A model generated the notes under the pieces. The model did no database searches. It was not told the DNA's origin and saw only the letters and a list, made by a program, of their open reading frames with translations. Position numbers and translations under genes: made by a program. From the UHGV virus genome UHGV-0021788: DNA of 64,000 bases, one strand, 5' to 3'. This stretch comes from a virus. How positions within the stretch are numbered: position 1 is the first letter of the stretch; every line of letters starts with the position of its first letter. Positions 10,174 through 20,700 of the stretch are shown piece after piece.

Positions 10174-10728
10174 ATGATTTTTGTGGATAGATTAGCATTC
10201 ACAAGCGATTTAATCGCAGACGATATAAGATGTAAATTAAAAGTTATAAGTAAAGAGGATGGTGAACCTAGCTATATAACTGTATGGAATATTAAAGGTG
10301 AAAGAAGACAAGAAGTATTAAATGAATTAAATACTATTATGGAATTACATAATGAAGATGATGAAAAATTATTTAATATGTTTTATACTAACCTTATCTT
10401 AGAATTTACTGATTTAGTAATGGATACTGATGATGTATTATTTTTATTAAATGATAGTACATTAGCTGGAAAAATGTTAATGCAAGAATTTAATGATATG
10501 ATATATGAAATACAATATGAAATAGCTATGGATAACTTACAACAAACTAGAAATTTAGCTATGGCTTTAATAACTCAAACTGCAATAGATGAAATGAATT
10601 ATGCACAAGAAAGAGTAGACAGAGCTAAAGATAAAAGAGATAAAAATATTTTTATAGATTTAGAAAAAGAAAAAAGAGAAAAACATCTTGCCTGTAAAAG
10701 AAAAGGAAATAAAAAATATAAAAAATAG
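10174..10728 (+). CDS. Putative tail assembly chaperone.
   Basis: It sits immediately upstream of the TMP and has an acidic/basic tail. An alternative start is the GTG at 10183. Confidence 0.45.
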   Translation: MIFVDRLAFTSDLIADDIRCKLKVISKEDGEPSYITVWNIKGERRQEVLNELNTIMELHNEDDEKLFNMFYTNLILEFTDLVMDTDDVLFLLNDSTLAGKMLMQEFNDMIYEIQYEIAMDNLQQTRNLAMALITQTAIDEMNYAQERVDRAKDKRDKNIFIDLEKEKREKHLACKRKGNKKYKK

Positions 10729-10731
10729 GAT

Positions 10732-11157
10732 GTGATTGAATTGGTTTTTGATTCAATGGGACAACTAGAAGCATATGTATTAAGGGCAATGAATGATTGT
10801 GCTAAATTAAGTGCAGATAAAATGTTAGATATAATGACAGAAGAATTAGAAAATAGAGTTTATGATAATTATTCACCTAACATATATGTAAGAACAGGTG
10901 ATTTGATGAATACACCTCAAGTAATTTCTGCTAATTCAACTGGAATGCATACTGAATTTGTAGATAATGGTGGTTGGTTTAGTTTAGTAGGTGCAACAAA
11001 AGGGCAACATTTCTTTGCTTTAGAAGGATTAGAAGGTGGTCATTCTTGGGGAAGAGAAGCAACGAATGCTTACCCATTTGCTTACACTAGATGTCTTTCT
11101 GAAATACCAGATTATTATAGAAAATGTTTAGTGGCATTTGGGATACCAATAGTTTAA
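10732..11157 (+). CDS. Putative chaperone extension ORF (gpT-like). It is in the same frame as the upstream ORF and separated from it only by a TAG.
   Basis: 10174 and 10732 are in the same phase, with a single TAG at 10726-10728 between them. The position is that of the canonical G/GT pair before the TMP. Confidence 0.4.
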   Translation: MIELVFDSMGQLEAYVLRAMNDCAKLSADKMLDIMTEELENRVYDNYSPNIYVRTGDLMNTPQVISANSTGMHTEFVDNGGWFSLVGATKGQHFFALEGLEGGHSWGREATNAYPFAYTRCLSEIPDYYRKCLVAFGIPIV

Positions 11158-11191
11158 TCAATCTATTAATAAGAAAGAGTGGTGGTAATTA

Positions 11192-14100
11192 GTGAGCGAA
11201 TTTGATATAAGAATTGGTACGCAACTAGATACTAGTAAAGCGTTACAAGAATTAATGGAATTTGTCAAAAAATATGACAATAAAGAAAAGATAAATATAG
11301 ACATAGGTCAATCAAAAGGTGCTAATAATGTAAAGAATACAACTAAAGCTATGAAAGAAATGCAAAAAATAGCTAAGACATTAGGAAATACAAAGATTGA
11401 CGTAGGTAGTAACATAGGTAAAGCAACCAATGAAGCTACCAAATCATTAGAAAATAGTATAGATAAACAAGCCAAATCTATTGCTAAAATAACTAGTGGT
11501 GCACAAAGAGATTTAACTAAAGATGCTCAAAAGGGTATTGAAAATAGTCTTAAAGGTATTACTACAGAAATGAAGAATACCCAAAGAAATGTCGACAAGA
11601 TGATTGGTACTCTTGAACGAGCTAAGAAGGTTGAATTAATAGACCAAAAAGGTTTAGATGAAGGATTAGCTAAATTAAAAGATATGAAAGCTAACCTTAG
11701 AATAGACAATGTTGGTGATGTAGAGAAAAAATTAGGCGAAGTAGCAAATGACTATAAAAGATTAATGTCAGATGCAACTAAAGAAGCATTTAATAATGTT
11801 GAAGTATCAGGATTATTAGAGGATTTAAAAGTTGTTAGAGAAGCTATGTCAGCTAAAAACATGGACTTAACTGGTGTTGATACTTTAATTTCTAAAGCTA
11901 AACAACTTACTTCTTTAAGTGTTGACCAAATGTTAAAACAATATAAAGAGTTAAGACAAGTATTTAGTAAAGAATTAAAGATACCATTAGGTTTAAATGG
12001 TGTAATGAATGCTGAAACTGCAATTAAAAATGTTTTAGATTATAAAAACAAATTAACTGCTAAAATTTCAGTTGAAACAAATTCAGAGCAAGTAGATATT
12101 TTAAGAGATAAAATAGTAAGATGTGATGAAGTTGTTAAACAACTTGAAGGAGACTTAAATTTAGTAGGTAGAAGTACAGCATTAAACTTAATGGAACAAT
12201 CCAATGAAAGAGAATTAGATACATTAAGTGCTAAGTTAAAGAGATGTAAGAATGATTATGCTAACTTAGAAAAAGAAAGACAAAGATTAAATAGAGATAG
12301 TAGATACATTGGAACAGAAGATTTAAGTAATATAGAAAAACAATCATTAGCTATAAAGAAAGCTCTTGATAGTTTAAATATTGGAAATTTAAATACAGAT
12401 AAAATAAATAAAGTTACTGGCGATATAAATAATTTAAGAAAAACAATAGAATTAACTGGTAATTCAGCTAAAAAATTAGATATAGAAGCAACAGTTAAAG
12501 TAGATATGAAAACTGCTCAAGACCAATTAAATGGTATGTATTCTGCTTTAATAAAATCTAATAAATCTACCGTAATGGTTAAAAAATATAAAGATGAATT
12601 AGAAGGATTATTTGATTTATCTAAAACTAATCCAGGTGTAGCATTAGATAAAATAAGTGGTTTTATAGAAAAAGTAAATAAAGAAGCAAGTAATAAAGGT
12701 TTAGGTAAGATAACTGGTGGTTTAGACCAATATAAACAATATTTAAAAGATTATGAAACATTAGTTAAAAAGGCTAGTGGTACTACAGATATTGGTTTTG
12801 CAAAAGCTTACAAATCAGAAGTTACACAAATAGAAAAAGCATTAGACCAATTAGAAAGTGGATTTAATCAAACTCAAAAATCTATGGCTAAAGCTTTAAG
12901 ATTAGAATCAATTAATAAGAACACTCAAGAGTTTACTAATCAAGTTGAAAAATCTATTAAGAAAACTCAAGAATATAAAAAAGAGTTACAAACTCTTAAT
13001 AAAGATGTAAATTTTGATGGTCTTACTTCTAAATTAGGTCAAAAAGTCAAAGAAGAATTTGACGGAATGATTAACAAAACTAATCAATTAGAAAAAAGAC
13101 TTGGTAATATGTTATCATCAGGTAACATAAATACTACTGAATTATCTAAATTAAAATCAGAACTTGAAAGTACTTTTTCTGGTCTTTCTAAACTTAAAGA
13201 TACTAGTATTAAAATTAAAACTGATGAAACTATATCAGGACTTAATAAAATTAAAAAAGATTTAGAATCATTAGGTCAAGATACTAGTCAAATAGAAAGA
13301 GTTATTAATGCATTAAAACAACTTAAAGCTAATTTCAGTGGTGGTACAGCAGGTTATAAAGAATTAGCTAATGGAATAAAAGCTATTGGAAAAGATAATA
13401 ACTTGGAAAAACTAAATAGTTCTTTAGAAAAATCAACTAAAAAATTTAATAACTTAGCTAAGGTTGTTGGAGAATTAAAGGTTAAAAATATAGGAAATAT
13501 AGACCAAGGTGCTTTTCAATCTTTAGACAGTCAAGTTGCACGAATACAATCTCATATAGAAGGTTTAAATAAAAAAGATATATCTTTAATAGATGTTAAA
13601 AAGGTTGAAGCTGAAGTAAATGAATTAAGCAACTGTGTAGAAAAAACGAGTAGTGAATTAACTCAGTATAGTAGATATTTAGAAGAATATAAAAGATTAT
13701 CTAGCCAAGCAGGTAAAACAAATGATGTTAATTTAGCTACAAAATATCAACAAGAAGCAGAAGGTATAAAAGGTGTATTAACTCAATTAGAAAGCGAATT
13801 TACACAAGCTCAAAAATCTATTGCTCAAGGATTAAAAACAGATGCCTTCTCAAATGCTAATGAAAAAATGTCTTCTGAAATTAATAAAACAATTAATACA
13901 GTTGATGGTCTTAAAGAAAAACTTAATTCATTAAATAAAGATGTACATTTTGAAAATATGACATCTGAATTAGGTAAAGGATTAAATGACCAATTTAATA
14001 CTTTAACTAGTAAAGGTGAAGAATTAAAAAATAAATTAAGTAAAATATTAGCATCTGATAATGTGGATATTTCTGCTTTAAGTAAAATTAAAAAAGAAAT

Positions 14101-16323
14101 AAATGAGTTTGCAAGTGAAGTTAATAATTTAAAAAATTCTGCAATGGATAATGTTATTAGAGAATCTTTTGATAACATTAAAATACCTAATTTAAATAAA
14201 CAACTAGAAGCAGTTAAAGATTTAATGTCACTTAAAAATATGGATACTAGTGGTATAGATGCCTTAATAGAAAGAACTAAAAAACTATCAAGCTTAAGCG
14301 TAGATAAAATAGGTCAAGAATTTAAGGAAATACAAAATGCACTTGGTAAAGAAATTAATTTACGTTTAGGTACTAGTGGTATTAAAGATATAGAATCTGC
14401 ATTAAAAGTCATATTACAATATAGAAATGAATTAAAAAATAAAATAGCAGTAGAAACAGACCCATCAAAAGTAAAAGACCTTAATAGTCAATTAGAAAAA
14501 ACTGAAAGCATAATAGAAAAACTTAAAGGTCAAACAAGTAATGGGCTTGGTGCAAGTTTAATTGGTGATGCTGACAAAAACAATTTGAAACAATTAGAAG
14601 ATACTGCTGATAAATTAAAGAAAACATTCTCTAATTTAGAAAACGAAGTAAATAAATTAAACAATGAAGCATTGAATAAAGTTGACATAAGTCAATTAAG
14701 AGAAATGAATGAAGTTGTTAATGATGTAAAGAAAAATTTAGCATCTATTGGAGAAGGAAATGTTAATGTTAATTCAATAAATAAAACAGCACAAGACATA
14801 GAAAAATTAAAAGGACTAATAGAAAACACTAAAAAGACAATTAGTGATATGAAATTGGAAGTTTCATTTAATGTTAAATCAAATGAAGCAGAACAATATT
14901 TAGCAGGTTTTGAATCAGCATTATTAAGATTAGGTAAATCAACCAGTGGAATAAATGCTTTAAAGAGTGAATTTGAAAGTATAAAAAATTCAGCTAATGG
15001 AAATTTAAGTAGTGCCATAAAAATGATTGATGACTTTATTAACAAATTAAAACAAATGGGTAGTAAACAAGGCTTAGGCAACATAAGTGGTACTATGTCT
15101 CAATATAAACAATATACTAAAGAATTACAACAAGCCATGAGTGGGGCATTAAAATCTAGTGGTTCTGATACAGCTAAAGGATTTGAACAACAAGCTGAAC
15201 GAATAAAGAGTGCTATAAAACGTTTGGTTGCAAGTTTCAAAGAATCACAAAGAGAATCGGCTAATGCTTTTAATGGTAGTACATTTAGTGGTTTTTCTTC
15301 TAAATATGAAGCTGAAATAAATAAAGTTGAAAAAAGCATAAACAGATTTAAATCATCAATGCAAAACTTAGATAAAGCTGTAAACTTTAAAGGCTTTCAA
15401 ACAAATTTAGGTAAAGGTTTATCTGAAGAATTTGACCAAATAATGGCGAAAGCTGAACAATTAAGGGATAAATTAAAGAGTGCATTATCTTCTGGTACAT
15501 TTGATATAAGTGAAATAAATAGAATAAAAGATGAATTAAAACAAGTTGAACAAGAAGCAGATTCATTAAAACAAAAATCTATAGTATTAAAATGTGCTGA
15601 AAGTATAACAGAATTAGAAAGACTTAGTGGTAAGATAAAAGATATAGGTGGAGACACATCAAAAATAGAAGAATTAAAAAATAAATTTGTTACACTTGGT
15701 ACAGGTATAAGAGAAGGTACTACAGGAATAGATGATGCAATTTCTAAATTAAAATCCTTATCTTCCGAAGCACAAAGAACTGCTAGTTCTTTTGAATCAA
15801 CTACTGGTAAAATAGGTTCTTTTGGTTCTAAAATACAAGGTTTCTTTAGTTCTATAAAGAATTCATTTAGTACTTTTACTATTGGTAATTTAATGGCTGA
15901 TGGTATAAATCAAGCTGTTTATCAAATAAAAGATACTATAACAGGTTTAGATGAAGCAATGGCTGAATTTAAAAGGGTTGCTCCTGATAACTTTAGTTTA
16001 AATACATCTAATTTACAAAGTGTTGCTAATGAAGCAAGAGAAATAGGTATTAGTGTTGGACAATCAGTAGAAGATGTTATCACTGGAATGAGTACTGCAT
16101 TACAAGCAGGTGCAGGTGATATTAAAACAGCTTCTGAAATAGCTAAGAGTTCTGCTATATTCCAAAATGTTACAGATATGAGTGCAAAGGGTGCTTCAAA
16201 AGCTATTTCTTCAATGGTTAACCAATATTATGATATGGATTCAGCATTAAATCAAGTTGACCACGGTGTAGGTAAATCCGTAAAAGGGTACAACAACCTA
16301 ACCGAAGCGATGGATTTGGTAAT
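11192..16323 (+). CDS. Tail tape measure protein, exon 1.
   Basis: A long coiled-coil-rich ORF. The track's C-terminal DLPFILEII residues are intron read-through. The conserved TMP core (FSTFTIGNLMADGINQAVYQ...) lies near the exon end. Confidence 0.7.
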
Positions 16324-16595
16324 TGATTTGCCGTTTATATTAGAAATAATATAAATTATTAGAGGGCAAAATCGGTGAAGACTAAGTTTTTATAAATATG
16401 TTGATACCGAGATAACTTATTAGATTGCGAAAGGCTAATAAGTATTGTAGAGCATAGGAATTGAATAAATATAATATTCCCAAGAGTGCCCTCCATTCTA
16501 ACGTAAAAAGACGAGGATGAAAATATATGCCATACTGAGCTAGAATTGACTAGCTGATGAAAATGAGGGAAACCTCCAGAGCATAAGATAAAAAG
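16324..16595 (+). mobile_element. Intron-like element, class 2 (ORF-less, about 270 nt), inside the TMP gene.
   Basis: Noncoding in all frames. It shares attgccgt...attagaggg...atcggtgaag.ctaagt...ataccgag...tctaacgt.aaa...tgaaaatatatgc...ataaaaaG with the element at 17397-17750. The flanking exon ends are similar (gaagc.at.g.tggtaat). Confidence 0.55.
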
Positions 16596-16629
16596 CTTAT
16601 GGATAATAACAATAGAAATTACGCTGGTT
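16596..16629 (+). CDS. Possible 34-nt TMP mini-exon between two introns, encoding (I)LWIITIEITLV. This is uncertain.
   Basis: It is the only frame that bridges exon 1 (phase 2+1) to the next exon at 17010. The alternative is a composite intron spanning 16324-17009. Confidence 0.3.
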
Positions 16630-17009
16630 AGAATTAGCCAGGCTATATGGAAACATGTAGTACAAATCTCTTTTGAATTGCTGGAAAGGACTTAGAGCCT
16701 ATTGAACTACAACGTAGATGGAAACATCAAGCGTGAATGTTTAAAAATCAATAGGATTGTTTAATCAGCAGGTAAGATTCTAAGTAATAATTTTATATTA
16801 TTATATGAATAAACTTCAACGACTATCCCTTGGATGTTGAAATACATCAATAGGAGTACGGCTCAAGTGATTGGAGTGGGTGAGAATCCCTTAAATGGAA
16901 GTGGAAGAGGACTTATAAAGGTTCAAGATATAGTCTACTCTCGTAGGAAATCTACGAGCAGTCCTTTTTTGGACGGTATATGTGTAGCGAACATATATGA
17001 ATATTAAGG
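16630..17009 (+). mobile_element. Group I intron, class 1, ORF-less, inside the TMP gene.
   Basis: P at 16676-16687, Q at 16763-16772, R at 16814-16825, S at 16926-16935. Only about 40 nt separate Q from R, where the other copies carry a promoter and HEG. The 3' end reads tgaatattaaGG. Confidence 0.75.
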
Positions 17010-17396
17010 AATAACTTTGCGATTTCATCTGATGGTGTAACAGAAGCATTACAACGTGGTGGTTCTGTATTATCTAACTATGGAGTAGATTTAAAAGATT
17101 CTATTGCAATGATAACTGGGGCAAATGAATCTTTACAAGACCCCGCTCGTATAGGTAATGGTTTAAAATCTATAGCAATTAACCTTTCAGGTATTAAAAC
17201 AAATGCAAAAACAGGTGCTCTTGAATTAAATAAAACAGCAAAAGCATTGCAAGAAACTGCTAAGATAGATATATTTACTGATAGTACTAAAACACAAGTT
17301 AAAGATGTTGTTACTATAATGGATGAAGTAAAAGATAAATGGGCTTCTTTAACTGATGTTGAACAAAAAGGATTGTCAGAAGCTATAGCTGGTAAT
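17010..17396 (+). CDS. Tail tape measure protein, exon 3.
   Basis: The frame opens at 17001. It contains the conserved TMP core (NNFAISSDGVTEALQRGGSVLSNYGVDLKDSIAMITGANESLQDPARIGNGLKSIAINL). The track's ORF at 17109-17402 is the same frame. Confidence 0.65.
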
Positions 17397-17750
17397 ATGT
17401 AAGATTAGTAAATTTATATAAATTTTTATAAAATACAAAAATCTTAAAATTGCCGTCTTTGATAGAAATATTAAAGATAATTAGAGGGATGTATCGGTGA
17501 AGCCTAAGTCGAAAGATATGGTAATACCGAGGGTATCTTAACAGAGAATATCCGTAACGCATAGGGAGTGAGCGATATTGTTAGCAATAACCTCCCCACG
17601 AGCTTCCTCCACGATTATATATAGGATAATCACTTATAGATGTTGCTACTATAAGTTCTAACGTTAAACGAGAGTGAAAATATATGCTGGACTTATGAGA
17701 AATCATAAGAAGTGGATGTGTGAATCGACACACTATTAATAGATAAAAAG
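17397..17750 (+). mobile_element. Intron-like element, class 2 (ORF-less), inside the TMP gene.
   Basis: A paralog of 16324-16595. It is noncoding. The downstream frame opens at 17748, so exon 3 joins exon 4 at a codon boundary. Confidence 0.55.
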
Positions 17751-20700
17751 CTCCACGATAACAAATCGAAAACCCAAGCCGGTGTATTCCAAGCATTGAT
17801 GACAGGTTGGGAAAGAGTTCGTCAATTCCAAAAAGAATACAATGAAGGTTGGATGATAGGTTCAGCCCAAAGAGAAAATGAAATCTTTATGGATTCCATT
17901 GCTGGTAAAATGAATACTTTAAAAGAAAATCTTAAAGGATTATTAACTAGCAATGTTACAACAGATATGTTTAAAGGTCTATTAGATGGTGCTAATAAAG
18001 TAGTAGAAGCAGTAGGAAAAATAAGTTCAAGCTTAGGTAAAATTGGTTCAGCTGGTGCTTTAGTAGGTATTTCATCTTTCGTAAAAACTTTAGCAAATTT
18101 GGATAAAGCTAAAACAATAGGTGGTGGTTTTACAGGATTTGATAAAGTTTTAGAAGTAATACAAGGTACTGCTGTTACTTCTTCTGGTGAAATAAAAACA
18201 CTAGGCGATAGTTTTAAAGAATTAGGTGTTAAGACAACTCTATCTAAAGTAGCATTAGGATTATTTAAAGGTGTATTAATGGGTATTGCATTTACTGCTG
18301 TTGTTAAAGGAATAGATGCTATGGTAAAAGCATGGGATAATTATATTCATGCAACAGAAAATGCAGTAAAGGCTTCTAAGGAAAGACAAGATGGATTTAG
18401 AGATGAAGCACAAACATTAAGTACTAAAAAATCAAGTCTACAAGAAATAGCTAAAGAATATGATAATTTAAATAATAAATCTGATAAAACTGCTGAAGAT
18501 TTAACTAGATTAAATGAATTAAAACAACAAATAGGACAAATAGCTCCTGACCTTGTTAAAGGATATGATTCAGCAGGTAATCCAATATTAAATCTTACTA
18601 CTAGTATGCAAGGTTATATAGCTGAATTAGATAAAGCAATTGCTAAACAACGAGAATTATATAATTATGAAACTAAAAAACAAGCACAAGAATACATGAA
18701 GAAAAATGACACTAAAAATGGTGCTCAAGACCCAGATAGGAATTCTTATGAAACTGAATTAAATCATCTTCAAAATGCAAATGATAGAAAAACTAGAGAA
18801 GAAAAAAGATATACTGGTAGCTTAAAAAATATTATTAAAGATAGAAATAAATATAGAGAAGACCAAGAAAAAAGCATTAATGAAAGATTAGAAAGGATTA
18901 GAAACGCACAAACAGAAGTTAATAATAGAGATGCTACAATTGAAGATAATTATGTTAACGAATTTAATAAGAAAACCAAATTAGCTGAAAAAGAACAAAA
19001 TAAATTTGCTACCTTTATGAAAGGGTTAAATTGGGGTACTTATGGCGAAGCAGAAGCCAATAGAATGTCTAAAGGTTTACAAAAATTATCTGAAAAGACT
19101 GCATTCACAACTCAAGAGATGACAAAAGGATTATCAGGTAGTCTATCAAAAAAAGTTTCAGAAGAAATTTCTAAAGTAAATGCAGAATTCAAAAAAACAA
19201 ATGCTGTAAATGAATGGGGAAAAGGTTTAAGAAAAATAGCTAATGAAACAGGAAAATTTGATTTTTCAAATTGGAGTAATTACTTATCAGAAGTTCAAAC
19301 TCGTTTTGAACAAGGAGTAAGTACTAATGAACAATATACACATTCATTAGGAATTATGGCTGATGCTATGGAAGATTTAACTGGTATAGATTCAGATGTA
19401 TTCTTACCAGCTTTAAAAGGTGGAGCAGATTTAGAAGAAGCCTTTAAATCAGCAACTGAAGGCTTAAATGGTTTTATGAGTGCTTATGGTTCTTCTACTG
19501 CAAAATTACAACAAGGTGATTCATTTGCTAAAAAATTAGAATCTCAATTTAAAGAACTTCAAAATTTTGAAACTGAATTTGAAGGTCAATATGAGATGCA
19601 AGGTAAAGTTAGTGTAGATTGGTTAGTAGAACAAAAAGATAATGAAGATTTACCTAAGCAATTAAGAACTATAATAGATGCAGTAACAAAAGATGGAGAA
19701 GTAACAGAAGTAGAAGAAAAATTAGTATTAGCTTGTGAAACAGAAATAAAAGATAAAGGTAAATTAGAACAAAGCACAATAGATGCAATAAATCAAGTTA
19801 TGGATGGAACATGGGATGTAAATAAAACTATTGAAATAGGTGGTATGGAATTTACATCATCTGAAATAAGAGAATTAATGTCATTGGCAGACCAATTAGG
19901 TATATCTTTAGAAGGTTTAAATATTGGTGATACAGGATTAGAAGGAGAAAATCAAAAAGCTCAAGCATTAAAAGATACAATAGATTCAATTACAGATAGA
20001 GATATAAAAGTAGCAATAGAAGCAGAAGGATTTGAGAATTCAGACCAAGTTAACAACATAATGACAGTTATTGACCAAATAGATGGAAAACAAGCCAAAG
20101 TCGATTTTATAGCAGATGCTTCTCAATACTTTATGGAAAATGATAGTGTTGAATCAGCAATAAAAGCTATGCCTGATGAAATAAAACTTAAATATAATAT
20201 TGGTGTTGAAGGCGATGAAAGACTAGAAGGAATACAAAGTAGACTTGAAAAATTACCAAAAGATATTAGAACTATGGTATATGCTCAAACATATGGTGTT
20301 GAAAATGTTGAAATGCTAGAAAACATAGTAGATGCTTTTGGTGGAAAAACTGCAACAGCAATATTACAGTTAGATGGTATAGATGAAGCTCTTAGAAATG
20401 CTAGTACATTTGAGGAACAATTAAAAATAATTGGAGATTTTATATGTCAACCTGGAGTAGAAATAGAAGGTAAAGATGACATAATTAAAACAATTGATGA
20501 AATATTAAAGAAATTAAAAGAAACAGATGAAAAAGAAAGTAATCCTAAAATAAATGTAGAAGGAGATACTTCTGGTGCAGAGAAAGTAGAAAAAGAAGTA
20601 GACAATGTAGGCAATAAAAAAGGTACTGCTAAAGCAGATGTGGATGGAGATACTTCTGGTGCAGAGAAAGTAGAAAAAGAAGTAGACAATGTAGATGGTA

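Noticed and set aside
16297-16354. The C-terminal ...DLPFILEII residues of the track's ORF at 11192-16354.
   Set aside because: This segment (attgccgtttatattagaaata...) is conserved with the start of the second class 2 element at 17440. It is intron read-through, not exon.
17109-17402. The ORF at 17109-17402 as a separate small gene.
   Set aside because: The frame is open from 17001 with no RBS. Its product is the conserved TMP core, so it is treated as TMP exon 3.
16324-17750. Group II introns or inteins as the explanation for the interrupted TMP.
   Set aside because: The elements are only 270-380 nt. They lack a GUGYG start and a domain V. They are noncoding, with stops in all frames, so they cannot be inteins.
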